A stretch of DNA of 64,000 nucleotides. Source: an uncultured Bacteroidota bacterium. GTDB taxonomy: Bacteria; Bacteroidota; Bacteroidia; NS11-12g; UBA955. Positions 36,070-45,487 of this stretch are shown here, in pieces. The notes beneath the pieces were generated by a model, which did not search any database, was not told the origin of the DNA, and saw only the letters and a list, made by a program, of their open reading frames with translations. Position 1 is the first letter of the stretch. Every line of letters begins with the position of its first letter. Where the stretch lies: contig CALMKH010000048.1 of the NCBI GenBank assembly GCA_937867025.1, positions 9,701 through 73,700 on the forward strand, read 5' to 3'. The position numbers were made by a program, and so were the translations under genes.

Positions 36070-36637
36070 CCCTGATCTGTGCTGCTTTAAGATAATCTTC
36101 ATTCCTCAATGCTGCCTCAAGCATTTCCTCAAGTTCATCAACGGATTTATCCTTGTACTTGTCGCTGGCATTCTTTTCACTCAGGGGAGGCTCATCACTG
36201 TTGTCCCTGCCCGGTTTCTGAATGGATGTATCTTCTATTTCTATTCCAGCCTGCTCCAGGATGGTTTCGGTGGTATAGATAGGACAATTGAACCTTACTG
36301 CGATTGCTATGGCATCACTTGTTCTGCAGTCAATGCTGATCTTTTCATCGGCACTTTCACAAACCAGGGACGCATAAAAAACACCTTCTTTCAAAAGGTG
36401 AATAAATACTTCGGTAATGGTAAAATTGAGTTTTTTGGCAAATACCATGAACAGATCGTGCGTCAGCGGTCTTTCGGTATTAATGCCTTCAAGCGGTATG
36501 GCAATGGCCTGGGCTTCGAATTGTCCGACAATGATAGGCAGTTTGCGCACACCTTCAACCTCGCTTAGAATGAGGCTGTATGATCCTTTGATCTGGGAAG
36601 GCGCTATGCCATATATGTCTAATTCTACTTTTTTCAA
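36047..36637 (-). CDS. Bifunctional nuclease (DUF151/BFN) with C-terminal UVR motif
   Basis: LILSEVEGVRKLPIIVGQFEAQAIA...RPLTHDL...DCRTSDAIAIAVRFNCPIY, then a C-terminal DYLKAAQIRDEIDRR UvrB/C-like helix. Confidence 0.8.
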   Translation of the reverse strand: MKKVELDIYGIAPSQIKGSYSLILSEVEGVRKLPIIVGQFEAQAIAIPLEGINTERPLTHDLFMVFAKKLNFTITEVFIHLLKEGVFYASLVCESADEKISIDCRTSDAIAIAVRFNCPIYTTETILEQAGIEIEDTSIQKPGRDNSDEPPLSEKNASDKYKDKSVDELEEMLEAALRNEDYLKAAQIRDEIDRRK

Positions 36638-36645
36638 GCTGTGTT

Positions 36646-37590
36646 TTAGTTTTTGGAAGCCCTGGCTGCTTCAATAAGTTGCGGCAACACGTCAAATGCA
36701 TCGCCGACAATCCCGTAGTCTGCCGCTTTGAAAAACGGCGCCTCCGGATCTTTATTGATGACAACGATAACCTTGCTGCTGCTCACGCCTGCTAGGTGCT
36801 GTATGGCGCCGGAGATGCCTATGGCGATGTACAGGTTGGGCTTGATGGTGATACCCGTCTGGCCCACATGCTCGTTATGCGGCCTCCAGTCCATGTCCGC
36901 AACAGGTTTTGAACAGGCTGTTGCTGCCCCTAAAAGCTCCGCCAGTTCCTCTACCATTTTCCAGTTTTCAGGACCTTTCATACCTCTTCCTGCCGAAACA
37001 ACAACCTCTGCTTCCGTCAGTGGTATTTTTCCGGCGGCCTTTGATGTGGCTGTAATCTCTGTGTTAATCTGGTGTGCTGCTGCCTGCGAATGTTCTATGG
37101 AAATAGTCACAGGGTTTTGTTTAAGCTCCGTACTGTTAGGCGTAATGGCTATAACCTTGTTGGTCTTGTTAAGCTCAACAATTGCAAAGCCTTTTCCGGA
37201 AAATACGCCGCGTCTGATCCTGAAGCCGTTGGAGGTGTCAGGGAAATCAACCACATTTGTGGCAAGGGATGCATTCATGGCAACGGATATGCGCGGAGCC
37301 AGTGTTTTTCCCTCATATGTGTTTGCCAGCACGATATGCTGTACCTGGTTGGCCGAGAATATTTTTGTTATTTCGGCTGTATAGGCCTGTGAGTCGAATG
37401 CCGGAATGCCGTCAACAACAATAAGCTTTGACACGCCGTACTGCGCAAGTTTGTCAGCCTCTCCATCCTTTGGCTGACCAATGCATACCGCCAACACACC
37501 GCCATTGCTGATGCGCGAAGCGTATGATGCTGCTTCAAGAACTGATTTCTTAAATATTCCTTCTGAGTTTTCCGCGTATATTCCCGTCAT
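36646..37590 (-). CDS. etfA: Electron transfer flavoprotein alpha subunit
   Basis: VVSAGRGMKGPENW, GQTGITIKPNLYIAIGISGAIQHLAG and VINKDPEAPFF. ATG at 37590 preferred (1 nt after the etfB stop) over TTG at 37599. Confidence 0.92.
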   Translation of the reverse strand: MTGIYAENSEGIFKKSVLEAASYASRISNGGVLAVCIGQPKDGEADKLAQYGVSKLIVVDGIPAFDSQAYTAEITKIFSANQVQHIVLANTYEGKTLAPRISVAMNASLATNVVDFPDTSNGFRIRRGVFSGKGFAIVELNKTNKVIAITPNSTELKQNPVTISIEHSQAAAHQINTEITATSKAAGKIPLTEAEVVVSAGRGMKGPENWKMVEELAELLGAATACSKPVADMDWRPHNEHVGQTGITIKPNLYIAIGISGAIQHLAGVSSSKVIVVINKDPEAPFFKAADYGIVGDAFDVLPQLIEAARASKN

Positions 37591-37591
37591 C

Positions 37592-38332
37592 TTATGCAAT
37601 TATTTTAGCTTCATTCCTTAGTAAATCGATCAATTGGCCTGCATTTGCAGCATCTATCAGCTTCACAGCCTGCTTGGGCGCAGGAGTTTCAAACTGCCTG
37701 TAAGTACTTGCAAACTCTACTGCAACAGGCTCCACAACAGTAAGAGGTTTGGTCCTGGCAGCCATAATGCCTTTCATATTGGGTATCCTGGGCTCGCAAA
37801 GGTCTTTTTGCGCACTGGCGACAGCAGGAAGGCTGCTGGTAACAGTTTGCCGTCCTCCGTCAATATCCCTTTCAAATATGGCTTTCCCGTTCTCCAGGTC
37901 GATCCTTGTGCATACATTGACTGCAGGCCAGGAGAGCAATTCGCCCAAAAGCCCGCATACCTGACCGCCATTATAATCGATGCTTTCCCTGCCGGTGAGC
38001 ACCAGGTCGTAGCCCCCTGATCTGATAACATGAGCCAGTTGTTCCGCCACATACTGGCCATCCACCGGGTCTGCGTTGATCCTGATGGCATCGTTTGCGC
38101 CAATGGCAAGAGCCTTCCTTATCACGGCATCCGCATCTGCTTTTCCAACATTGGCTACAGTTACAGTGCCGCCATGTTTTTCCGTCAGTTCAATGGCCCT
38201 TGTCAGGGACAGTTCATCATAGGGGTTAATTATGAATTGAACCCCTTGTGTATTGAGCTTCGTATTGTTGTCCGTGAAGCTGATTTTCGTAGTGGTATCA
38301 GGCACTACGCTCATGCACACTAAAATTTTCAT
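37592..38332 (-). CDS. etfB: Electron transfer flavoprotein beta subunit
   Basis: MKILVCMSVVPDTTTKI, NPYDELSLTRAIEL and DLVLTGRESIDYNGGQV. Confidence 0.92.
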   Translation of the reverse strand: MKILVCMSVVPDTTTKISFTDNNTKLNTQGVQFIINPYDELSLTRAIELTEKHGGTVTVANVGKADADAVIRKALAIGANDAIRINADPVDGQYVAEQLAHVIRSGGYDLVLTGRESIDYNGGQVCGLLGELLSWPAVNVCTRIDLENGKAIFERDIDGGRQTVTSSLPAVASAQKDLCEPRIPNMKGIMAARTKPLTVVEPVAVEFASTYRQFETPAPKQAVKLIDAANAGQLIDLLRNEAKIIA

Positions 38333-38352
38333 CCCGCTAAAAAAATATTTTG

Positions 38353-38360
38353 CAAAATTA
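38353..38360 (-). promoter_or_regulatory. Candidate -7 promoter box (TAATTTTG on minus strand) for etfBA
   Basis: The plus strand reads caaaatta. It lies 20 nt upstream of the etfB ATG (38332) and sits within the palindrome TTTTGCAAAA. Confidence 0.35.
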
Positions 38361-38423
38361 AGTATAAAATGTGCTAAGAAAAAATGAGTTTTGCAAAGAA
38401 ATCAAAATTTATCCCGAACCGGA

Positions 38424-38735
38424 ATGGACAGACTCGAAAGCCTGAGAAAAATGCTGGAATCCAATCCATCCGATCTTTTCCTTCATTATGCTCTCGCCAT
38501 GGAGTACCTTTCGGCAGGCGATGATATTCCTGCGCTTGAAAAGCTTGAGGAAATAAGACATGATGCGCCTGAATACCTGCCGACATATTACCAGCTTGCC
38601 AAACTCTATGAAAAAATGAACGACAATGCATCGGCAATAAGGATTTACGAACAAGGCATTGAAGTTGCCAGGAACCAGAATGAGACAAAGACCATGAATG
38701 AACTGCGCAGCGCGCTGGATGAACTGATATTTTAA
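38424..38735 (+). CDS. Small TPR-repeat protein
   Basis: MDRLESLRKMLESNPSDLFLHYALAMEYLSAGD...PTYYQLAKLYEKMNDNASAIRIYEQGIEVA. ATG at 38424 preferred over TTG at 38391. Confidence 0.65.
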   Translation: MDRLESLRKMLESNPSDLFLHYALAMEYLSAGDDIPALEKLEEIRHDAPEYLPTYYQLAKLYEKMNDNASAIRIYEQGIEVARNQNETKTMNELRSALDELIF

Positions 38736-38737
38736 AA

Positions 38738-39184
38738 ATGAATTACGAATCTAAAAACCCGAATTACAAACACATCATTCTCGCAAAATTTGAAAAAAAC
38801 ATCTTTTCTCACCACATCGGGTTTAACCTCACAAGGGTCGATCCGGGTATAATCGAAGGGGAGCTGCATATTCAGAAAATACATGAGCAGCAGAACGGGA
38901 TGATACACGGCGGCGTTACTTCAACGCTGGCTGATATTGTCATGGGTTTTGCGGCCTATTCGCTTGTAGCCGAAGGAGAAGGCACTGTAACGTCCGATTT
39001 GAAAGTAGCCTACCTCCGGCCCGGTAAGGGTGTAAAACTGCTGGCAAAGGGGAGGGTTATCAAACCGGGAAACATGCTTTATTATTGCGAGTCGGATATC
39101 ATTTGTATCGATCAACTGGGTACGGAAACCCTAATTGCAAGGGGATATTCGACCATGTGCGCGATAAAAAGCAAGGGTGATTAA
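38738..39184 (+). CDS. PaaI-family hotdog-fold thioesterase
   Basis: NGMIHGGVTSTLADIVMG...VTSDLKVAYLRPG, the PaaI/YbgC-type signature. Confidence 0.8.
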   Translation: MNYESKNPNYKHIILAKFEKNIFSHHIGFNLTRVDPGIIEGELHIQKIHEQQNGMIHGGVTSTLADIVMGFAAYSLVAEGEGTVTSDLKVAYLRPGKGVKLLAKGRVIKPGNMLYYCESDIICIDQLGTETLIARGYSTMCAIKSKGD

Positions 39185-39215
39185 ATAACCCAAGACCTTA
39201 CCCTTCAGCTGTTTC

Positions 39216-40838
39216 TTACCATTTACTTACCAGGGGTATGATTCTTCCCCTGCCGAAAGCTTTGGATGTAACCCTTAAGATGGGTGGAGCCTGGTATCGT
39301 TTGTATTCATTCCGGTTAACCATTTGTATGGTTTTTTCAACCGTCTGTTTTTCGAACCCTTTTTTAACAATACCGGCGGGCGACATACGACCTTCAATAT
39401 ACAGTTCCAGAATGGCGTCCAGGATGTGATATTCAGGCAGGCTGTCGCTGTCTTTCTGGTCAGGCCTTAGTTCGGCGCTGGGGGCTTTACGAATGATCTC
39501 TTCAGGTATGATTACGCCTTTACGGTTGATGTAAGCAGCAAGCCGGAAAACATCTGTTTTATAAACATCACCCATCACACTCAGGCTTCCGCACATGTCA
39601 CCATACAAAGTCGTATAGCCTACAGACATTTCACTTTTATTGCTTGTGTTGAGCAGTATATCCCCGAATTTGTTGCTTATGGCCATCAGCAGCACTGCGC
39701 GGCTCCGGGCCTGTATGTTCTCCTCGGCCACGTTGAAGGGTAAATCCCTGAAGAGGGGTTTTAAGCTTTCCGCAAAGGCGTGAAAAATGCCTTCAATGGG
39801 GATAACATGGTATGGATTTCCCAACGTTTCCGACAATTTCCTGGCGTCATCCACACTGCCTTTACTACTGAACTGCGATGGCATCAATACGGCAGTGACA
39901 TTATCTGCTCCCAACGCTTCGCTTGCAAGGGCCTGGACCACCGCTGAATCAATGCCTCCCGAAGAGCCTATTACAGCTTTTTTGAAACCCATTTTCCGGA
40001 AATAATCGCTCAGGCCGAATACAAGGGCTCTGTGCAGGAGTTCAGTATCGTCATCTTCCCTCAATTCGTTTCCCGGATAATTCAGTTCTGTATCATAAAC
40101 GGCAATGGACTCGGCAAAGGACGGCATTTCCATGGCCACAGTTCCGTCATTATTCAGCACCAGGGAATGGCCGTCAAAAATCAGGTCGTTGTGAGCCCCC
40201 ACCTGGTTGACATATACCAGAGGCATTTTAAAGGTGGCCGCATCATGCCTGAGCACTTTATACCTGTCGTCTTTCTTGTTCTTGTTGAAAGGCGATGCAG
40301 AAATATTGATGATCAGATCAGGGGATTGATTTATTAAAAATTCAAGCGGGTCAGATTTATAATTAAAACTGTCCATACTGTCCCAAAGGTCTTCGCAAAT
40401 CGTGAGTGCGATTTTCTTACCATTCAGGCTGACAAGATCAAATACGTCATTCTGTTCAAAATACCTCGCTTCATCAAATACGTCATAGGTGGGCAGCAAT
40501 GTTTTGTGAACAACCTGGCTGATCCTGCCATTTTCCAGGACAAAGGCGGCATTATACAATTTTCTTCCCTTTTCGCTCCTGTTGCCTACAGGGCATCCCA
40601 CAATCACGGCAATACCGGCGGCGTGGGAACAGATCCTGTTCAGGCTGGCTTCACATTGTTCGATAAAATGAGGGTAGTCCAGCAGGTCGTCCGGAGGATA
40701 GCCACATATTGCCAGTTCACTGAATACAACCAGGTCAGCTCCGTTGTCCTTAGCCTTGCCGATGGCCTCTGTTATCCTGGATGCGTTGCCTTCGAAATCA
40801 GCAATGGTGTAATTCAGTTGTGCAAGTGCTATTTTCAT
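39216..40838 (-). CDS. nadE: Glutamine-dependent NAD+ synthetase
   Basis: N-terminal CN-hydrolase domain (MKIALAQLN...VVFSELAICGYPPDDL...LTICEDLW) and C-terminal synthetase with SGGIDSAV PP-loop. Confidence 0.92.
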   Translation of the reverse strand: MKIALAQLNYTIADFEGNASRITEAIGKAKDNGADLVVFSELAICGYPPDDLLDYPHFIEQCEASLNRICSHAAGIAVIVGCPVGNRSEKGRKLYNAAFVLENGRISQVVHKTLLPTYDVFDEARYFEQNDVFDLVSLNGKKIALTICEDLWDSMDSFNYKSDPLEFLINQSPDLIINISASPFNKNKKDDRYKVLRHDAATFKMPLVYVNQVGAHNDLIFDGHSLVLNNDGTVAMEMPSFAESIAVYDTELNYPGNELREDDDTELLHRALVFGLSDYFRKMGFKKAVIGSSGGIDSAVVQALASEALGADNVTAVLMPSQFSSKGSVDDARKLSETLGNPYHVIPIEGIFHAFAESLKPLFRDLPFNVAEENIQARSRAVLLMAISNKFGDILLNTSNKSEMSVGYTTLYGDMCGSLSVMGDVYKTDVFRLAAYINRKGVIIPEEIIRKAPSAELRPDQKDSDSLPEYHILDAILELYIEGRMSPAGIVKKGFEKQTVEKTIQMVNRNEYKRYQAPPILRVTSKAFGRGRIIPLVSKW

Positions 40839-40886
40839 CCGGCGAGCTTAAAAACAAGGCCTGAGCCCTGTGAAAAAAGTTCAAAT

Positions 40887-41627
40887 TTAAAAGAAAAGGC
40901 CGATCTCCAGTCCAAGAACATTGTTGATCACGTTCGATTTCTTGTTGTCGCGGATATCGGTGAAACCGTTGTTAAACCTTAGGCCTGTATAGAAGCTTGT
41001 GTTTTCGCTGAGGTTGTATTCAATGCCGAATCCAAGAATCATGGCAGCCCTGAACACGTTGATATCATCCTCGTTATCTACAAAGTCAAATTGGTCGTTG
41101 CTCTGGTCATTTGCCGGATATTTGTCACCCATGGGGAATGCAACGGGATTACCGGCAGACTGGGAGGCTGCAGTTGAAACGTTGTGATCGATCAGAAAGC
41201 CGGGCGCAATGCCGAATTGCCCCCAGTAACGAATGCCTCCGCTTTCATTTGTCCTGAATTTAAGGGTCAGCGGTATTTCAATGTATTTGAGGTTGTACCT
41301 GTGTGAAATATTATTGTAGTACCTGCCGTTTCCTGACAGCTGGAGATTCTGGGTATCCTTAAATTTTATCCTGTTGGTCATGGACGTAATATTCAATTCG
41401 GGAGTAAAGAAATAATTATCCATCATTCTCACATCGGACATCAGTCCAAACGAAAAACCGATGCCTGAACCGTCACTCTGCATATTGCTTGTTTTGGGTT
41501 TAATCCAATTGAAGCCTGGTATGACTTTAAAACCTATTCGGAAATCCCTATCATCCTGAGCCTTAATTGTTTGAGTGAAAAAGACAAATCCAACCAATAA
41601 AAGTGAACACTTTGTCGTTAAATTCAT
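40887..41627 (-). CDS. Outer-membrane beta-barrel protein (OMP_b-brl_2 / PorT-like porin family)
   Basis: Signal LLLVGFVFFTQTIKAQ. Alternating beta-strand pattern (FRIGFKVIPGFNW, GIGFSFGLMSDV, YIEIPLTLKFR, ILGFGIEYNL). C-terminal LGLEIGLFF aromatic terminus. Confidence 0.65.
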   Translation of the reverse strand: MNLTTKCSLLLVGFVFFTQTIKAQDDRDFRIGFKVIPGFNWIKPKTSNMQSDGSGIGFSFGLMSDVRMMDNYFFTPELNITSMTNRIKFKDTQNLQLSGNGRYYNNISHRYNLKYIEIPLTLKFRTNESGGIRYWGQFGIAPGFLIDHNVSTAASQSAGNPVAFPMGDKYPANDQSNDQFDFVDNEDDINVFRAAMILGFGIEYNLSENTSFYTGLRFNNGFTDIRDNKKSNVINNVLGLEIGLFF

Positions 41628-41654
41628 AATTTTTATTATTTTATTTGCACAAAA

Positions 41655-42668
41655 ATGAAGAAATTTTTCCAGAATCCTGCTACGATATTTGCACTATTTT
41701 TAATTTTATTTTCTGTTTCCTGTAAGAATAATCAACTGGATGTAGACGTGTCGGATATAGAGGTGAAGCTTGATATCAGGCGTTTTGAAGAGGACCTTTT
41801 TGAAAACCGTCTCACCGATTATTCGGGATTTTCAGCCAAATACCCCAATTTTTTAAATGCGTATACCCAGGCGATCCTCGGCTTTCCAGGGAATGATACC
41901 GAAGCATTCAACCAGCTGATGCTCTTCAAAACAGATGTGAATGCAAAAAAAATGTACCAGTTTGTCAAGGAGAAGTATCATGATTTTACTCCATATGAAA
42001 ACGACCTGACAAAGGCCTACCGATATTTCAAGTATTATTTTCCGAATGAAAAAATCCCTGCCGTCATAACCTACACCAGCAATTTCAGCTTTTATATGAA
42101 CCCGATTGGCGAAGATTACATAGGCATTGCCCTGGACATGCATATGGGGCAGGGTTTTGTGCCATACAAGTACACAAACATCGAAAATTACTGGAAAAAA
42201 GTGCTGGAACCGGCCACCATCGTTCCGCTGCATATGCTTGCTCATGCCAATGGGCTGTTCAGCGGCACTAATCGCAAAGAGAACTTTACCGATGAAATGA
42301 TATACTGGGGAAAATTGCTGTATTTCCTTGATGCCACCACGCCATGGGTTGAAGATCACCTGAAAATAGGGATGACAAAACAGGAGCTGGAGTGGTGCAG
42401 GAATGAAGAATCGAACATATGGGCGTTTTTTGTCAAGGAAAAATACCTGTATGAAACGGACAGCCGGCGGTTTGACCGCCTGTTCAGGGAAGGCCCGAAA
42501 ACCGTCGCCAGCGGTGTGCCTGAAGATACCCCGGCCATGATAGGGAAGTTTGCAGGCTGGATGGCTGTCCGGAAATACATGGAAGAGAACAGGAAGGTTA
42601 CATTGTCCGAGCTGATGAATGACAGCAATGCCAAAGGCATTCTCGACAAAAGCGGGTATAAGCCTTAA
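41655..42668 (+). CDS. gldB: Gliding motility lipoprotein GldB
   Basis: Lipobox LILFSVSC. RRFEEDLF near the N-terminus. EWCRNEESNIWAFFVKEKYLYETD...IGKFAGWMAVRKYMEEN..VTLSELM...AKGILDKSGYKP is collinear with Flavobacterium GldB as I recall it. The neighbouring nadE is consistent with known synteny. Confidence 0.8.
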   Translation: MKKFFQNPATIFALFLILFSVSCKNNQLDVDVSDIEVKLDIRRFEEDLFENRLTDYSGFSAKYPNFLNAYTQAILGFPGNDTEAFNQLMLFKTDVNAKKMYQFVKEKYHDFTPYENDLTKAYRYFKYYFPNEKIPAVITYTSNFSFYMNPIGEDYIGIALDMHMGQGFVPYKYTNIENYWKKVLEPATIVPLHMLAHANGLFSGTNRKENFTDEMIYWGKLLYFLDATTPWVEDHLKIGMTKQELEWCRNEESNIWAFFVKEKYLYETDSRRFDRLFREGPKTVASGVPEDTPAMIGKFAGWMAVRKYMEENRKVTLSELMNDSNAKGILDKSGYKP

Positions 42669-42677
42669 AATAAAAGT

Positions 42678-42700
42678 GAGACAATCCGAAGTGTCTTTTT
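42678..42700 (+). terminator. Possible intrinsic terminator after gldB
   Basis: GAGACA-N8-TGTCTT stem (one G:U pair) followed by a T5 run, starting 10 nt after the stop. Confidence 0.35.
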
Positions 42701-42707
42701 ATTTGCT

Positions 42708-44507
42708 TTAACCGATCATCATATGTGTGGTGGCATATTTGTAATCCGCCTGTAGTGATCGCGAGCTGAGCGAGTATGCCAATGTTACGATGCCGACCCT
42801 GCCCACGAACATGGTAATGGTAATGATCACCTTGCTGACGTCGCTGAGGCCGGATGTTATTCCGGTGGAGAGACCAACCGTTGCAAATGCAGAAACCGTT
42901 TCATAAGCCAGCCTGATTATTTCAGTGCCCGGTTCGGTGAAGGAAAGGATGGTTGTGATGACCAATACAAACATTCCTGAAAAAATTACCACGGCAAATG
43001 CTTTATATATTAACTCGATCGCAATTCCACGATTGCCAAGGCTCATCTCTTTTTTACCCCTGATGGTACCGATGAGCGCCACCATCATGACTACGAACGT
43101 GCTGGTTTTAATACCACCACCTGTCGATACGGAAGAAGCGCCGATGAACATCAGAAAGATAGAAATAAGCAATAAAGGCACAGGCAGATGTTCCAGGCTT
43201 ATGCTGGAAAAACCGCAGGTCCTGAGGCTCACCGACTGAAAAAAACATTTGGCAAAATCACCCAGCCTGGAATGTTCACCCGGAAGGTATCTTACATGAA
43301 GAAAGTAAAATGAAAGTCCGCCGATCGCGATCAGGATAAGGCTGGTATAAATGGCAACCTTGGAACTTAGTGTCCAGTCTCTCCAAGGCTCAAGAAGCCT
43401 TTGCCTTAACCTTAAGGGAGAGAATACGTCCCGGATGACAGGGAAACCCAGGCTGCCAAAAAATATGATCACACCCATAAAGATATGCATCATATAGAGT
43501 TCCGTTATGATGGGGGTTTCAAGACTATATTCAAACGTGCTGAAGCCCGCATTGCAAAATGCGGAAATGCTATGGAAAACGGATTGATAGATCTTGTCCG
43601 CAGGACTCGAAAAATGGTAGTCGCCCCACAATATGTAAAGCCCCATCGCTCCCAGCCCTTCAATTACAAAAGTCATGATCAGTATCCGTTTGACCAGGAA
43701 AAGACTACCGCTGAGACTCTCGGCATCCAGCAGTTCGTTCATGGCGATGCTCTGCCTGATGCCAATACCCTTTTTTATAAACGATGCAAAAAAGGCAGCA
43801 AAGGTCAGAATGCCAATCCCACCGAGCTGTATAAGGGTAATAATAATAATTTGCCCTTTGATATTAAAAAAAGTGCCTGTGTTGACTACGGTAAGCCCGG
43901 TTACACAGCTGGCACTGCCACTGGTAAATACTGCATCGATAAAGTTCAATGGAAGTCCTGTATTGTTGAATCCGGGCAATGTTAATAAAGTTCCGCCACC
44001 CAGTATCAGCAATACAAAAGAAATAATGAAAAGGGTAGTGGGCTTCATCTTGCCTGTATATAAGAAATTGACTGATTTTACCAGGTCGATGAAAACAAAA
44101 AACAGCAGGCAAAGCTGTATGCAGAAATGATATATGGCCCGGTAGTTCTTGACATGCATCTGTATGAGTATTTTCTCAAGAACAGGATGTTGGAAAAGGG
44201 CGTAACTTATTCCATCGTATATCAGCAAAAGAAGAAGTATAGCTTCCAGGGAATTGCTCGCCAGAAACTGTTTCCTGTCCTTGGACAGCAGGAGGCGTAT
44301 GATGTACGAGATAATAAACACCAGGTAGAACAGCCTGGTGCTGAACAGCATCATATCAATATCTTCCGGAAGATGAATGAAACCGTAGCGGTATACCATG
44401 CCACCCATTACCAATAGGGAAGAAGCGATGGTGAGGTAACGGAGTATGCTGAGTATTAAGCTTTCGTACCTGAACAGAAACAAAGATATTTTTTGTTTTG
44501 AGTTCAA
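42708..44507 (-). CDS. trkH: TrkH/KtrB-family potassium uptake membrane protein
   Basis: 599 aa and polytopic. Repeated selectivity-filter-like segments (SASCVTGL, SAFCNAGFS, LRTCGFSS, FATVGLSTG). The ATG overlaps the upstream stop by 4 nt. Confidence 0.8.
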   Translation of the reverse strand: MNSKQKISLFLFRYESLILSILRYLTIASSLLVMGGMVYRYGFIHLPEDIDMMLFSTRLFYLVFIISYIIRLLLSKDRKQFLASNSLEAILLLLLIYDGISYALFQHPVLEKILIQMHVKNYRAIYHFCIQLCLLFFVFIDLVKSVNFLYTGKMKPTTLFIISFVLLILGGGTLLTLPGFNNTGLPLNFIDAVFTSGSASCVTGLTVVNTGTFFNIKGQIIIITLIQLGGIGILTFAAFFASFIKKGIGIRQSIAMNELLDAESLSGSLFLVKRILIMTFVIEGLGAMGLYILWGDYHFSSPADKIYQSVFHSISAFCNAGFSTFEYSLETPIITELYMMHIFMGVIIFFGSLGFPVIRDVFSPLRLRQRLLEPWRDWTLSSKVAIYTSLILIAIGGLSFYFLHVRYLPGEHSRLGDFAKCFFQSVSLRTCGFSSISLEHLPVPLLLISIFLMFIGASSVSTGGGIKTSTFVVMMVALIGTIRGKKEMSLGNRGIAIELIYKAFAVVIFSGMFVLVITTILSFTEPGTEIIRLAYETVSAFATVGLSTGITSGLSDVSKVIITITMFVGRVGIVTLAYSLSSRSLQADYKYATTHMMIG

Positions 44508-45487
44508 TGGCTGCTATACGTTAGGTATTGTGCTTCCTTTTTCAGTTTTTCAACGTCAATGGGAACAACCCCTGTTTCTTCGCATACAAGCCCGCCGGCC
44601 AGGTTGGCCAGATCGGCTATTAGCCTGCGTTCCACTCCCGTGGCCAGGCAAAGGGAGGCTACGCTGATAACGGTATCGCCGGCACCGCTGACATCAGAGA
44701 TATGACGTACATGAGCCGGAATAAAATCGTATTGATTGTGGTCAGTGATCATCACCCCGTCCTCGCTCAGGGTCACCATAGTGTAGGTATTGTTGAGTAT
44801 GCGGTGAAGTTCCTCAACGACGGTTTCGAGGTTATGGTGATCCTTCAGGTTCAGGTCGCTGTTCAGGCCTTCCCTTATTTCTTTCAGATTGGGTTTAAAA
44901 AGGGTGACATGTTTGTAACTGAGGAAATTCTTCTTTTTGGGATCAACAGCCACAGGTTTACCGGCTTTAAGGGCGATATCGATCAGCATGGGAATATTGT
45001 TCTCTGTCAGCACGCCCTTGTTATAATCTTCCAGGATGACGACATCACATGCATCTATATATTTACGATAAACATTTATCAGTGCATCATTTTCCTGCTC
45101 GTTGATGTCGGTTGTCACTTCATTGTCCAGTCTCAGCAGCTGATGCTTGTTGCCTAATATCCTGGTTTTGGTGGTAGTGCGTCTTTTTGCCGATTCCACA
45201 ATGCCTTTGGTAAGCATACCGCGGTCATCCATGAGCCTTATGAAATCTGTGCCTTCCTGATCCTGGCCGATGACAGAGCACAAAATGGGTTCGGCGCCCA
45301 GGGCAATGATGTTCAAAGCCACGTTGGCTGCTCCTCCGAGCCTGCTATCCTTATCCTCGATATTGACTACAGGCACTGGAGCTTCCGGAGAAAGTCTTTC
45401 CACCTTGCCCATGATATAGGCATCTACCATCACATCGCCGACTATAAGTACTTTTTTCCCCCTGAAGGAATCTATGATACTATCCAT
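44504..45487 (-). CDS. PfkB-family sugar kinase, RfaE-domain-I-like (D-glycero-beta-D-manno-heptose-7-phosphate kinase-like)
   Basis: KVLIVGDVMVDAYI.GKV.RLSPEAPVPV, GGAANVALN and DVSGAGDTVI. There is no adenylyltransferase domain. Confidence 0.7.
   Translation of the reverse strand: MDSIIDSFRGKKVLIVGDVMVDAYIMGKVERLSPEAPVPVVNIEDKDSRLGGAANVALNIIALGAEPILCSVIGQDQEGTDFIRLMDDRGMLTKGIVESAKRRTTTKTRILGNKHQLLRLDNEVTTDINEQENDALINVYRKYIDACDVVILEDYNKGVLTENNIPMLIDIALKAGKPVAVDPKKKNFLSYKHVTLFKPNLKEIREGLNSDLNLKDHHNLETVVEELHRILNNTYTMVTLSEDGVMITDHNQYDFIPAHVRHISDVSGAGDTVISVASLCLATGVERRLIADLANLAGGLVCEETGVVPIDVEKLKKEAQYLTYSSH

Noticed and set aside
36728-37384. 218-aa ORF antisense to etfA. Similar long antisense ORFs at 34516-35070, 24941-25405, 40506-40982, 41853-42359 and 43485-44130.
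   Set aside because: All are nested in strongly supported genes on the opposite strand. Their translations lack recognisable motifs and are compositionally odd (Ser/Pro/Cys- or His/Phe-rich).
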